Shown here in pieces: positions 47,786 through 57,753 of a stretch of DNA of 64,000 nucleotides. The position numbers and the translations under genes were made by a program. The notes under the pieces are model-generated. The model saw only the letters and a list, made by a program, of their open reading frames with translations, was not told the DNA's origin and searched no databases. The stretch covers positions 13,908 through 77,907 of the forward strand of contig JAQTNW010000010.1 of the NCBI GenBank assembly GCA_028713655.1. The letters run 5' to 3'. Source of the DNA: Candidatus Methylacidiphilales bacterium (GTDB lineage Bacteria; Verrucomicrobiota; Verrucomicrobiia; Methylacidiphilales; JAAUTS01). Within the stretch, counting starts at the first letter, position 1. The number at the start of each line of letters is the position of its first letter.

Positions 47786-49270
47786 ATGAAAGTCGTTTCC
47801 GCATCCATCATGCAATCCTGGGAAAAGAGGGCTTTTTCAGCGGGGGCCACCACCGAAAACCTGATGGAAATCGCCATCAACGGCTGCTTTGAATACATCA
47901 CCCGCCGTTTTCCAACACCGGGCCGCGCCCTGTTCCTCTGCGGCAAGGGGCACAATGGGAACGACGGCCTCTGGCTCGCCCACCGGATGCAGGCGGGCGG
48001 CTGGCAAGTCGGGATTCTTCTTTCGGAAGCGCCTGAAATGCGCAAAGCCGTTGACTCCGACGCAGTCCGGAAAATGCAGTCATCGGCAAAAACGGAAATC
48101 GGGGCGCATGACCCCTGGCTGGAAAACACCGAACCGGCTCTGGTATTTGATTGCCTGATCGGGGCCGGAGCCGCCGGCCAACCCGAAGGTGTTAGTAAAA
48201 AAATCCTCGAATGGTGGGCGGCCGCCCGCAGGAACTGGCACGTCACAATCAGCATGGACAATCCTTCCGGCCTGAATCCGGACACCGGGGAAGCGGCCTC
48301 CTGCGCCTTCCAAGCGGATTTCACTTTTGCCATCGGAGCCGTCAAAAAGGGCTGCCTCGAAAAGGACGGACCTCAAACCTCCGGACGCCTGGTTCCCATA
48401 CCCCTTCCGCTCCCCCAACAGGACTCGGAAACGTTGCCTGATTTTTTTGACCTGGTTTCGGCGCGCGCAATGGCCGTCGGGCTTTCCGCCACAACGCATA
48501 AATACCGCCGCGGTTCCGTTTCCATTTTTGCCGGCAGCCCGGGGTTTGCGGGCGCCGCCGTGCTGGCGTCGCGCGCGGCGTTGCGCGCCGGGGCCGGCAT
48601 CGTCCGGCTGTTCTCCCACCCCGAATGCTACAACCAACTCGCCCTGGCCACGCCGGAAATCATGGTCCGGTCCTGGGATGAAAAGTTGCCGCCCGAATCC
48701 TCGGCATCTTCCGGCGCGTGGGTGATCGGCCCCGGTTTCGGGACGGATGCCAGGGCCTCGGCCAAACTCAAACTCCTGCTGAAGTTCGCGCCTTGCCCCC
48801 TTGTTCTGGATGCGGATGCTCTGGCTCTGCTTGCGAAGCAGCCGCAACTTTTGTCCCTGCCGGGAGTTCCCTTGATTCTGACGCCGCATGAAGGGGAATT
48901 TGCCCGGCTGGCATGCCGGGAAATCACAGACCGACAGGCGGAATCCTCCGCCTGGGCGCAACAAAACAAACAAGCCACGCTGCTTCTGAAAGGCCCTAAC
49001 ACTTTGATCTCGCAGTCCGGCAGGATGCCCTCTTTTAACGGCAGTGGCCATCCGGGCATGGCGACGGCCGGTTCGGGGGATGTGCTTTCCGGCATGGTTG
49101 GAAGCCTCCTGTCCCAGGGATACAGCCCCTTCGACGCCGCCCGCCTCGGCGCATATTGGCACGGGCTGGCCGCTGAAAGCGCCCTGCTCCGCCAGACGGA
49201 ACAGACATTCAGCGCAGGGGATTTGATCGAACATCTGGGTGCCGCGTGGCGTGACATTCGGCCCTATTAG
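47786..49270 (+). CDS. nnr: Bifunctional NAD(P)H-hydrate epimerase / ADP-dependent dehydratase
   Basis: The N-terminal YjeF_N part has CGKGHNGNDG. The C-terminal carbohydrate-kinase part has HKYRRGSV and ATAGSGDVLSG. The product is 494 aa long. Confidence 0.85.
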   Translation: MKVVSASIMQSWEKRAFSAGATTENLMEIAINGCFEYITRRFPTPGRALFLCGKGHNGNDGLWLAHRMQAGGWQVGILLSEAPEMRKAVDSDAVRKMQSSAKTEIGAHDPWLENTEPALVFDCLIGAGAAGQPEGVSKKILEWWAAARRNWHVTISMDNPSGLNPDTGEAASCAFQADFTFAIGAVKKGCLEKDGPQTSGRLVPIPLPLPQQDSETLPDFFDLVSARAMAVGLSATTHKYRRGSVSIFAGSPGFAGAAVLASRAALRAGAGIVRLFSHPECYNQLALATPEIMVRSWDEKLPPESSASSGAWVIGPGFGTDARASAKLKLLLKFAPCPLVLDADALALLAKQPQLLSLPGVPLILTPHEGEFARLACREITDRQAESSAWAQQNKQATLLLKGPNTLISQSGRMPSFNGSGHPGMATAGSGDVLSGMVGSLLSQGYSPFDAARLGAYWHGLAAESALLRQTEQTFSAGDLIEHLGAAWRDIRPY

Positions 49271-49314
49271 GCCTTATTGACTCCAGTTTGCAAAAATTGC
49301 TATAATGCCATCGC

Positions 49315-50709
49315 ATGCCCTTTACCAAGCACAAGATTCATCACTTCATACTCCAGTGCGCGGATGGCGCCGTGGCTTGCATCGCATTCATTCTGGCCTT
49401 TTACCTCCGCAGCAGCATCGGCCCAACCGTCAGCCCGGTGAATCTTCAGGACATCGGCACCTTGAGTGATTATGTCTATTGGCTTCCGTCCATCGCATTC
49501 CTGGCGCCGCTGATTTTGACCCGGCTTGGCTTTTATAACCTGGGCGTCAACCAACATAAGGGCCTGGTTCTGAATATCTGCCTTCAAGCCTCCATCCTGT
49601 TGTTTCTGCTCCTGGTCGTGCTTCTCTTCATCTTTAAAGACCAGCAAAGCCGCCTGGTCTTCCTGATCTTTGTGCCGATTTGCACCCTTTTCCTGTTCCT
49701 GCGCCAGGTTTTATATCTCGCGGAGCGCCGCTTGTCTTACCGCCGAAAAGAACGCCGCAAAAACATCCTCCGGGTGACCGACCAAACGGGTTCCACCGGA
49801 TGGTGGAAGGACCTGGCAAATCATCCCGAGTTTGGGCTGCACCCGGCCGGGGAAGTCAACCTCACGAACACCTCAAAGGAAAAATTCATCCAGATCCTCC
49901 ACGATGAAGCCATCGAGTTTGTGATTCTTGACGTCAAATACAGTTCTTTTGAAAAGGTGGTGGAGACGGTGAAGGCATGCGAAAATGAGGGTATTGAAAT
50001 CTGGCTCGCCACCGGCCTGTTCGACACAAGGGTCGCCCACGCCAAAGTGGGGTATTTTCTCGATCGTCCGGTCCTGATTTTCAGTTCGACCCCGGACAAT
50101 TCCTGGGAAATTCTCTGCAAGGAACTGCTGGATCGGGCGGGCGCCCTGGCGTTGCTGCTGGTTTTTTTCATGCCCATGCTTCTCATCGCCGCAATCATCA
50201 AATCGTCCGGAAAAGGCCCGGTTCTTTTCCGCCAACAACGCAGCGGGCATTACGGGAAAGCCTTTGAGATGTACAAATTCCGTTCCATGGTCACAAATGC
50301 CGAACAACTCCAGGATGAACTCCAGCGCCTCAACGAAATGAGCGGCCCCGTTTTCAAAGTCAGCAAGGATCCCCGCATCACCCCGTTTGGGGCCTGGCTG
50401 CGCAAAACGAGCCTCGACGAATTGCCCCAGCTCTTCAATGTCCTGAAAGGCGAAATGAGCCTGGTCGGCCCGCGTCCGCTACCCATCTATGAGACAAAAG
50501 CCATTTCTGAAAATGCCCAGCGTCGGCGCCTCAGTGTAAAACCCGGGCTGACCTGCCTCTGGCAAATCCGCGGGCGCAATCATGTCACCAACTTTGAGGA
50601 TTGGGTCGGCATGGACCTCGAATACATCGACAACTGGTCCATCTGGCTGGATTTCCAGATCCTGCTCATGACCATTCCGGCCGTGCTGTTTTCCCGTGGC
50701 GCAAAATAA
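49315..50709 (+). CDS. Polyprenyl-phosphate glycosyl-1-phosphate transferase (WbaP/exopolysaccharide initiating sugar transferase)
   Basis: Four to five N-terminal TM helices precede the C-terminal Bac_transf motifs KFRSM, DELPQLFNVLKGEMSLVGPRP and PGLTCLWQ. Confidence 0.85.
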   Translation: MPFTKHKIHHFILQCADGAVACIAFILAFYLRSSIGPTVSPVNLQDIGTLSDYVYWLPSIAFLAPLILTRLGFYNLGVNQHKGLVLNICLQASILLFLLLVVLLFIFKDQQSRLVFLIFVPICTLFLFLRQVLYLAERRLSYRRKERRKNILRVTDQTGSTGWWKDLANHPEFGLHPAGEVNLTNTSKEKFIQILHDEAIEFVILDVKYSSFEKVVETVKACENEGIEIWLATGLFDTRVAHAKVGYFLDRPVLIFSSTPDNSWEILCKELLDRAGALALLLVFFMPMLLIAAIIKSSGKGPVLFRQQRSGHYGKAFEMYKFRSMVTNAEQLQDELQRLNEMSGPVFKVSKDPRITPFGAWLRKTSLDELPQLFNVLKGEMSLVGPRPLPIYETKAISENAQRRRLSVKPGLTCLWQIRGRNHVTNFEDWVGMDLEYIDNWSIWLDFQILLMTIPAVLFSRGAK

Positions 50710-50750
50710 ACCCGGCTTAATCAGACGGCACACATACAATTGAATTTTTT

Positions 50751-50851
50751 ACCACCAAGACACAAAGACACCAAGGATGCGGGCTGTCTAATTGCAATTC
50801 ATGGATCACTACTTGTTTCGCCAGACTTTTCCCTCTTGGCGCCTTGGTGGT
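50751..50851. repeat. IR-bounded miniature unit upstream of rlmN
   Basis: accaccaag (50751-50759) is the reverse complement of cttggtggt (50843-50851). Extended imperfect pairing follows (caccaagg / ccttggcg). Confidence 0.6.
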
Positions 50852-50879
50852 TCAACTGGGTTGTTTTGAGTAAAAATCC

Positions 50880-51935
50880 GTGAGCGCCGAAACCCGATTC
50901 CTTCTCGACCAACCGCCATCGGAATGGCAACTCTCTGACGCCGCAGGATACCGCCGCAACCAGCTCATTGAATGGGTTTTCGCCAAACGCGCGAAGACCT
51001 TTGGCGAAATGAGCAATCTGCCCGCCGCCATGCGCGACGAGTTGGGCAAACAATACCACCTGCAACCCCTCGAACTTGCGCGCATCCAGGGATCGGGCGA
51101 CACCACCCGCAAGTTCCTGTTCCGTCTTTCTCAAGGCGACTACATTGAAAGCGTCCTCATCCCCGCTTCTCCCGCCTTGTACGGAGGACGATCCGACCGC
51201 TTCACGCTTTGCGTCTCCACCCAGGTCGGCTGCGCCTACGGATGCAAATTTTGCGCCAGCGGGCTGGAGGGTTGGAAGCGCAACCTCAGTCCGGGAGAAA
51301 TCGCGGCCCAGATCATGGAAGCAGAACGGGCGGGCGGACGTAAAATCAACAACCTGGTCTTCATGGGGATGGGAGAGCCCCTCGCCAACTATAACAACTT
51401 GATGACGGCTATTGAAATCATCAATGCGCCGTGGGGCCTCAACATCGGCGCCCGCCATATCACCATCTCCACCAGCGGCCTCGCCCCCCGCATCCGCGAT
51501 CTCGCGGAACAGCCCCGGCAATTGCGCCTCGCCATTTCACTGCACGGCGCCACCAACGAGGTCCGCAATAAAATCATGCCGGTCAATAAAAAATACCCCC
51601 TGGAAACGCTGCTCGACGCCTGCGCCTGGTTCCAGGAACGGAAAAATAAAATGATCACCTTCGAATACATCCTGATCGAAGGCGTCAACGACTCCCTCGA
51701 ACAGGCCTCCTTGCTGGCCAAACACGCCAAACGCCTTCACGCCAAAATCAACCTCATTCCCTACAATACGGTGGAAGGACTCGAGTGGCGCCGCCCGTCG
51801 GACCTTGTGGTACGGGCGTTCGCGGCGGCCGTCAAGCAGGGAGGCGCTTCCGCCACCGTGCGCTTGGAAAAGGGCCACGATATCGACGCCGCCTGCGGCC
51901 AACTCCGCCTCAAGGAACTCCGGAACGCGGCTTAA
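50880..51935 (+). CDS. rlmN: 23S rRNA/tRNA (adenine-C2)-methyltransferase, radical SAM
   Basis: CVSTQVGCAYGCKFCASG is the CxxxCxxC cluster. GMGEPLAN and the C-terminal DIDAACGQL are also present. The start is GTG. Confidence 0.9.
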   Translation: MSAETRFLLDQPPSEWQLSDAAGYRRNQLIEWVFAKRAKTFGEMSNLPAAMRDELGKQYHLQPLELARIQGSGDTTRKFLFRLSQGDYIESVLIPASPALYGGRSDRFTLCVSTQVGCAYGCKFCASGLEGWKRNLSPGEIAAQIMEAERAGGRKINNLVFMGMGEPLANYNNLMTAIEIINAPWGLNIGARHITISTSGLAPRIRDLAEQPRQLRLAISLHGATNEVRNKIMPVNKKYPLETLLDACAWFQERKNKMITFEYILIEGVNDSLEQASLLAKHAKRLHAKINLIPYNTVEGLEWRRPSDLVVRAFAAAVKQGGASATVRLEKGHDIDAACGQLRLKELRNAA

Positions 51936-52028
51936 GGAATGCCATTTCGCAGCAGACGCCGAGCGCCCATGTTTTCGATCCACACAGATTTGAGTGGCCA
52001 AATTTTTGGAATTCGTATAGTGGTAACC

Positions 52029-52379
52029 ATGATGAAAAGCACCTTTTACTACTGCCGCTGGATCCCCGTTGCCCTGTCCTTGGTCGCGCTCGGCTGCGCC
52101 AGCAACAAAAATGACGCCACCGAAGTCCCGTTGCCGACTCCCTCCCAATCGGAAGCTCCCGCTGCCAACACCACTTCCGCGCCCGCCGCAACGCCCGCAA
52201 GCACCGCATCCACGGCGTCTGCCACACCCACCGCATCGGGCAAGACTTATACGGTCAAGTCGGGGGATTCGCTCTGGAAGATCGCCCACAAGAACCATGT
52301 GCATGTCGAGGACATCAAGAAATTGAATAACTTGACTTCCGATGCCCTCAAGCCGGGCCAGGTTTTGCAGATGCCCTGA
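52029..52379 (+). CDS. LysM-domain lipoprotein
   Basis: I set the start at MMKSTFYYCRWIPVALSLVALGC, which ends in a lipobox. An Ala/Thr/Pro linker leads to the C-terminal LysM domain YTVKSGDSLWKIAHKN...LKPGQVLQMP. Confidence 0.65.
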   Translation: MMKSTFYYCRWIPVALSLVALGCASNKNDATEVPLPTPSQSEAPAANTTSAPAATPASTASTASATPTASGKTYTVKSGDSLWKIAHKNHVHVEDIKKLNNLTSDALKPGQVLQMP

Positions 52380-52454
52380 TTTAGCCGGATAATGGCAAAA
52401 TCAGATGTGGGGTTGGGACTGTCTCAACCCAAATAACAGATTCAGAGCAAACGA

Positions 52455-52913
52455 ATGTCGTGGCGTAAGGTTTCATCTTGCATGTGCCTTGGAATGGCCG
52501 CGGCATGGCTGGCTTCCTGCGCCGGTAATTCACGCAACGTCAGCGAGGTGCCGCCCCCCGCATCGTCGGGAAACTCTCCGGCCGCCACGGAAAATCCCCT
52601 CGACCGCCCTCCACCGGAAGGCCCGCCGCCCTCCGGCGTCGCCGCCTCAAACTCGCGTCCTGTAATTTATGACTATCCGGGGCCGACACAAAAAATTGAA
52701 CCCCAGAAGCCTCATGCGGCGGCGGCGATCTCTACAGCCCCGGCCCCCGCTTCCGAAGCACCTGTGACATCCGGAAAAACCTATGCCGTGCAGACCGGTG
52801 ATACGCTGTGGAAAATCTCTAACAAGAACGGCGTGACTGTACAGGCCCTGAAACAAGCCAATGGCTTGACAAGCGATACGATCAAGCCTGGCCAGGTGCT
52901 GCAGATCCCGTAA
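52455..52913 (+). CDS. LysM-domain lipoprotein (paralog of the preceding gene)
   Basis: The lipobox is AAWLASC. A Pro-rich linker leads to the LysM domain YAVQTGDTLWKISNKN...IKPGQVLQIP. Confidence 0.65.
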   Translation: MSWRKVSSCMCLGMAAAWLASCAGNSRNVSEVPPPASSGNSPAATENPLDRPPPEGPPPSGVAASNSRPVIYDYPGPTQKIEPQKPHAAAAISTAPAPASEAPVTSGKTYAVQTGDTLWKISNKNGVTVQALKQANGLTSDTIKPGQVLQIP

Positions 52914-53000
52914 AAGCCGGCCACAGAACACAGGTTCTCGCGCGTACGCCCTGTTTCTTTTGAGGGTTGCAATCTCACTCTACAATGCGACATTTATGTA

Positions 53001-54056
53001 GTGAATGTGCAGGATCTATCCAAAAGGGGTTCGCTCGGCGAACAGGGGCAAGGGGGGGGGATTCATGACTGGAAGGAAATCGTCCAGAAGTATCAAACCC
53101 CCTCCATTGGCCGCAGTACATGGCAGATTGTGAACACGATTGTGCCCTATGTCCTGCTGTGGGGCCTCATGTATTTCTGTCTGGCTGTTTCCTACTGGCT
53201 GGTCGTCCCGCTGGCAATTCTCGCCGGAGGATTTCTGGTGCGGACATTCATCATTTTCCACGACTGCACACATGGTTCCTATTTCAAATCACGCATGGCC
53301 AACGACATCCTTGGGTTCTTTACAGGGGTCATCACTTTCACACCCTATCACCATTGGCGCTGGCAACATTCCATCCACCATTCAACCGCCGGTGATCTGG
53401 ACAAACGCGGCATGGGAGACATCTGGACCCTGACCGTGCAGGAATATTTGGAGTCATCTCGCGCCAGACGCTTTGCCTACCGGCTGGCCCGCAATCCATT
53501 CGTTCTTTTTGTTGTGGCGCCGATGATTCTGTTTCTTGTCCTGAATCGCATTCCATCACCCGAGGCCAAAAACCGCGAGCGCGTCTGGACACATGCCACA
53601 AGCCTGGGCATTGTCATGATGGCCCTGCTCCTGATCTCGGTCTTTGGGCTCAAGGCCTATCTGATCATTCAATTGACCATCCTCCTCGTAGGCAGTGCAT
53701 CCGGGGTGTGGCTTTTCTATGTACAACACCAGTTCGAAGACGTTTCCTGGGAAAGGCATGAAAATTGGGATTTCTCACAGGCCGCCCTTCAGGGCAGCTC
53801 CTTCTACAAACTCCCAAAAATTTTGCAGTGGTTTTCGGGCAATATCGGCTTTCATCACATCCATCACCTGAGCCCCCGGATTCCGAATTACCGCCTGGAA
53901 CGCGCGCATAAATCCGAGCCCCTCTTTCAAACGGTCAAGCCGCTAACACTCCGCAAAAGCCTGAAATCTTTCAACGTCCGGCTCTGGGATGAAAAACAGC
54001 GCAAGCTGGTCGGTTACCGAGCCCTTAAGGCCCATCACCGCAAGGTCGTAAAGTAG
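53001..54056 (+). CDS. Membrane fatty-acid desaturase
   Basis: The three His boxes are HDCTHGS, HHWRWQHSIHH and HHIHHL. Four hydrophobic helices are present. The GTG start is uncertain. Confidence 0.8.
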   Translation: MNVQDLSKRGSLGEQGQGGGIHDWKEIVQKYQTPSIGRSTWQIVNTIVPYVLLWGLMYFCLAVSYWLVVPLAILAGGFLVRTFIIFHDCTHGSYFKSRMANDILGFFTGVITFTPYHHWRWQHSIHHSTAGDLDKRGMGDIWTLTVQEYLESSRARRFAYRLARNPFVLFVVAPMILFLVLNRIPSPEAKNRERVWTHATSLGIVMMALLLISVFGLKAYLIIQLTILLVGSASGVWLFYVQHQFEDVSWERHENWDFSQAALQGSSFYKLPKILQWFSGNIGFHHIHHLSPRIPNYRLERAHKSEPLFQTVKPLTLRKSLKSFNVRLWDEKQRKLVGYRALKAHHRKVVK

Positions 54057-54101
54057 CCAGTACGCCTCATCTGCTTCTGAAAAGCTCTGCAGGGCATCTT
54101 G

Positions 54102-55739
54102 TCAAAAGTGATACATGCTTTTGAGAATTGCATGGATTAACTCTGTGATTCTACCGGCCAATGTCCCCCATTCCTGGGCATTGGAGGGTGCAAGTCCAAA
54201 TAAGGCCGGGAATGGAAACAGTAGGCAGGCAAAACTAAAACCTATCGTGGACAAAAATGAGGCGTCTGTCCTTGGCCAGGTGGTTTGAGCTCTGATCAAC
54301 CTGATCGTCTCCATCAAATCTTTTCGCTCTTGATGCTGTTCATCCTTGAGCTTCCTCAAATTGCCCTCCAAAGATTTGACCTCTTCGGTTTGCAAGGAAA
54401 CAAGTTGCCTGCGGAAGACGAGGGCGGGTCCGGCCAGCAAAAACAGCAGCGCCAACCCCACGGCAGCAAGGCCCAGAATTTGCAAAATCGGCATCAAATG
54501 AAAAACCTGGCTTTCAGTGCGGGCATCCAGGGTGTTATAGCCCTGCAAAAAGAGAAAAGAAGCGCCAATCGAAATGGCCAGCGCGATCAAATTATAAACA
54601 CGGAAGACCGGGTCCATCCCGAACCGTTTTTCCGTATCACGCAACCATGGGTTAAGGGCAAACGCCGAAGTCCCCCGGTGAGGCAGCAGATTGAACATCA
54701 ACAAAACATAAAAGATGATTTTGATGGCAGCCCATCCGCAAAAACCATGGAAAAGGCCTTCCATAACCAGGGCGCTGATCAGGAATGCGCGATAGAATAG
54801 GAAATCACACCTGTCAAATTTCTCCCTTCCTCCATTTGCAGATGCTTTCAAAAGCAGCCTCTTTTCACCAGCGGATTGCGGGATATCCACCCCAACAACA
54901 AGAGGATCCAGTCCAGGGCCTCTTGTTAGCAGATGCGAAGCGACCAACGGTTTTGTATCCAATGAGCCATACTTGGCCTCAAAAGCCACCTGGGAAGCCA
55001 AAGCCGCAGACAGCCGTGGGGTGTAGAATTTATCCTCAATCAGCCGGGCTCTGCCAGTTTCCCCATCGGGATTTTGGTTATAATCCTGGACCCATTGATA
55101 GAGGCAGGGAGTCTGCACATATCCGATATAACTCCATGGATGCTTGGAAAGGTCCCCCGACTCGAGTTTATCCATGGATCCATATTCCTTGTGGAAATTA
55201 AGTCCCAGCGTCACAAGCATCAAAAGCGCCAGGATCGGCAGTGAACACCTGTTCAGTTTTTGTATAAACCGCTGGACGGAACCAGCCAAACCCTCCTCAA
55301 TCATGCCGGTTCGGATCATTTCATGGGTGGAAATGCCTATATGACGGCAAAACTGGAATGTCACCCAAATGAACACCGGGGCAATAAACAAATAAAAAAG
55401 ACCGTGATTCAGTTCCCCCAGGTATCCATAGACGTGCTCGGCGCTGGCGCTCAAAACAGGAGTATTCGTTCCTTCAACAGGCGGAAAAAACGTTGCCGTT
55501 ATTTTCAATACCAGCAAATCGGTCCGAGCCCAATGCGCAAGAAGCAGGACAAGGATGCAAAAGACAAGGGAAATGCCTGACAGAATCCACTGCAAGACGG
55601 ACGCGGAGGAAATGGCAATTTTAGAGGCCCAAGGCCGGAACTCTTCCAGAAACAGCCAGTCTGCAGATGATTCCTGCCCCGATTCCATAATGACGTTCCG
55701 TGCTTTGTAGCTGGACTGGAATTTCAACCCTATTCCCAC
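54102..55739 (-). CDS. Hypothetical polytopic membrane protein (about 9 TM, hydrophilic loop, coiled-coil segment)
   Basis: The 545-aa ORF begins 6 nt downstream of the stop of the preceding gene. It has multiple long hydrophobic segments and the heptad-like stretch EEVKSLEGNLRKLKDEQHQERKDLMETIRLIRAQ. I recognise no family. Confidence 0.55.
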   Translation of the reverse strand: MGIGLKFQSSYKARNVIMESGQESSADWLFLEEFRPWASKIAISSASVLQWILSGISLVFCILVLLLAHWARTDLLVLKITATFFPPVEGTNTPVLSASAEHVYGYLGELNHGLFYLFIAPVFIWVTFQFCRHIGISTHEMIRTGMIEEGLAGSVQRFIQKLNRCSLPILALLMLVTLGLNFHKEYGSMDKLESGDLSKHPWSYIGYVQTPCLYQWVQDYNQNPDGETGRARLIEDKFYTPRLSAALASQVAFEAKYGSLDTKPLVASHLLTRGPGLDPLVVGVDIPQSAGEKRLLLKASANGGREKFDRCDFLFYRAFLISALVMEGLFHGFCGWAAIKIIFYVLLMFNLLPHRGTSAFALNPWLRDTEKRFGMDPVFRVYNLIALAISIGASFLFLQGYNTLDARTESQVFHLMPILQILGLAAVGLALLFLLAGPALVFRRQLVSLQTEEVKSLEGNLRKLKDEQHQERKDLMETIRLIRAQTTWPRTDASFLSTIGFSFACLLFPFPALFGLAPSNAQEWGTLAGRITELIHAILKSMYHF

Positions 55740-55745
55740 TCAAAA

Positions 55746-56135
55746 TTATCGCGCCCGGGCTTTGGCGGTCCTGCCCTGGATATTCGCCTCATTTTTCTTT
55801 ACCTCCTTGACCATGGAAAAATATGTCAGGACAGAATTCCACAAGCCGGAACCCCCGCTCGCGAGGAGGCCCAGGGCGAGTACGCCTGCATAGGGGTTGA
55901 TCGAATCCAGTCCCTTGACTGTGTTGATTGCGGGCCAAGCAAGCCACGATGTCAGAACACCGCCCAGCATGGCCATGAATTGCAACATGGCCTTCCGTCT
56001 TCCTTCCAGAACCGGGTTTACATTTTGAGTGTTCAAGAACGGACTCAGACCCTTGAGGATCTCCACCAAACGCTCCGATGCAACGCTCAAAGCAAGAATC
56101 AACGCCACCAACGAACTTAATTGATCAATTCCCAT
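55746..56135 (-). CDS. Hypothetical small membrane protein (3 hydrophobic helices, basic tail)
   Basis: I moved the start to the ATG at 56135 (MGIDQLSS...) because GGAAGGAG lies 6 nt upstream of it. The hydrophobic helices include LSSLVALILALSV, AMLGGVLTSWLAWPAI and AGVLALGLLASGGSGLW. Confidence 0.5.
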   Translation of the reverse strand: MGIDQLSSLVALILALSVASERLVEILKGLSPFLNTQNVNPVLEGRRKAMLQFMAMLGGVLTSWLAWPAINTVKGLDSINPYAGVLALGLLASGGSGLWNSVLTYFSMVKEVKKNEANIQGRTAKARAR

Positions 56136-56307
56136 GATTACTCCTTCCCTTGTAATATAATAATATCCCAACGATGACACAGCCTGTGTCTGAAAACTTC
56201 AATTCACCGCATCCGAGCAAGAATGGGTCAGGGGTCATATCTTGATAAACGATAGAAGCTTAAGTTTTTTGTCGGAAAATGACTGTTGCCCCGTTTTCCC
56301 GGCCCAA

Positions 56308-56649
56308 CTAAACAAGCGTGCCTTTGGCTAGCTGAATCAACTGGTCCAGCACTCCGAGCGCGGAGATGATGTTGTTTGCAAGGTTTACTTCATTTTCAAT
56401 ATCTTTCCGCACTTTATCGAGTGTTGTGGTGGAAGCCTTGATGTTCTTAACGCTGTTGGCGGCCACTTGTGCCCAATCCACTAATTCTATGATGCGCAGG
56501 CGACTGATTTGATTGTCTAATTCCTCGCTGTCGTCCTGGAATTTGTCTGCATCCTCGAGTCTTCCACTGTGGCGGCACACGCGCATGAGATGGTCCGCCA
56601 TTTCGCTTGCGTTCGTCAGGGCGATAAGAGTGTCCATGCGGTTGCTCAT
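56308..56649 (-). CDS. Hypothetical small acidic helical protein
   Basis: The 113-aa product has no TM segment. AAGGAA lies 9 nt upstream of the ATG, and the gene starts 24 nt after the lipoprotein gene. I recognise no family. Confidence 0.45.
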   Translation of the reverse strand: MSNRMDTLIALTNASEMADHLMRVCRHSGRLEDADKFQDDSEELDNQISRLRIIELVDWAQVAANSVKNIKASTTTLDKVRKDIENEVNLANNIISALGVLDQLIQLAKGTLV

Positions 56650-56673
56650 AGTTCAAGTTCCTTGAGGTGAAGG

Positions 56674-57753
56674 TTAGTTTGAGTTCTTGTTCGCCTTTTC
56701 GTTGGCGTCGTTCAGGTCTTTGTAGAGCTTGTAAAGCTTGGCCCCTGTGTCAGCCATACTGGCTATGGCGGAGAGGCCTGCGCTACCCTCAGCCGCCCTG
56801 GCCAGTTCGGAGTGCGATTCGGGCAGTGATGCGTATAACTTGGCCATTCCCCCAAATAGAGCCCACCGCTTGATGGTTGAATCGTTGAGCGTCACAGCGT
56901 TTGCCACCACCTTCTTGCGTTCGTCCGGCGCTGCAGAACCGAAATCCTTCTCTAGTTGCTTGAACTTGGCCACATAGGCATCACGCACATATCCTGACAG
57001 GTTGTAAGTCAGTTCAAGACCAAGATTCGAATATTCCTCGATAGCATTCTGATTGGTTTGGATGGCTTTGCGGAGAGCAGCACTTTGCTGGGATTTGATA
57101 TATTCACGGAAAGCTCCTGTTGCTGCGGTGGAAAAGATGGCTGCCTCCTGGCCTGATCCGACCTTGAGATGCTGGGTGGCATTATTCAGGTTCTTGTTTA
57201 AATTTCCGGCCATTTTTGAGAAATCGTCATCGCTGATGAATTCCTTGCCCGCCAGGGCCGCCAAGGCCTGGGTGTATTTCAGATAGGCGCCGTTGAAGTC
57301 ACTGATGCCTTCGGCCATCCGTTGTGGCACATAGTAATTGTTCATCCACTTCGATGCTTCGGAAGGTGCCTGTGTGCTGTCGCCCGGTTGTCTGGCACGG
57401 GCTACTTCCGCTGTACCCTTTTCAATGTCTGCGTCATTCTTCTCAAGGCCTGTGATATTCCAGGAGCCGTCTCCGGAATTGCCCCAGTAATATTGCTTCC
57501 CGTTGTTGCTCTCGAAATGCAGTTTGAGCCGATCAAAGTCATTCGGGCCGATGGAATTAATGAGGGCTTCGCGACTCTGGGCAATGGCCTCACTGAGGGC
57601 TTGGTCAGTGGCGGTGTCGACTGAGGCTGTGGCTGTCGAAAAGTCCTGGAACGGTTTTGGATTGGGGGCAGCACAACCAGCCAAAACCAACCCGCCCAAC
57701 AAGGCAGTCAGAGAAAATATTTTAAAGCCGCAATTATTGTATAACATCCTCAT
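56674..57753 (-). CDS. Hypothetical lipoprotein
   Basis: I moved the start to MRMLYNNCGFKIFSLTALLGGLVLAGC, which ends in a lipobox; GAGGA lies upstream. The product is N/K/Q/A-rich and probably helical. I recognise no family. Confidence 0.55.
   Translation of the reverse strand: MRMLYNNCGFKIFSLTALLGGLVLAGCAAPNPKPFQDFSTATASVDTATDQALSEAIAQSREALINSIGPNDFDRLKLHFESNNGKQYYWGNSGDGSWNITGLEKNDADIEKGTAEVARARQPGDSTQAPSEASKWMNNYYVPQRMAEGISDFNGAYLKYTQALAALAGKEFISDDDFSKMAGNLNKNLNNATQHLKVGSGQEAAIFSTAATGAFREYIKSQQSAALRKAIQTNQNAIEEYSNLGLELTYNLSGYVRDAYVAKFKQLEKDFGSAAPDERKKVVANAVTLNDSTIKRWALFGGMAKLYASLPESHSELARAAEGSAGLSAIASMADTGAKLYKLYKDLNDANEKANKNSN

Noticed and set aside
48080-49234. A 384-aa minus-strand ORF, together with 47716-48345 (209 aa) and 48628-49257 (209 aa).
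   Set aside because: All three are antisense to or overlap the well-supported nnr gene. They are Arg/Gly/Pro-rich and show no motifs.
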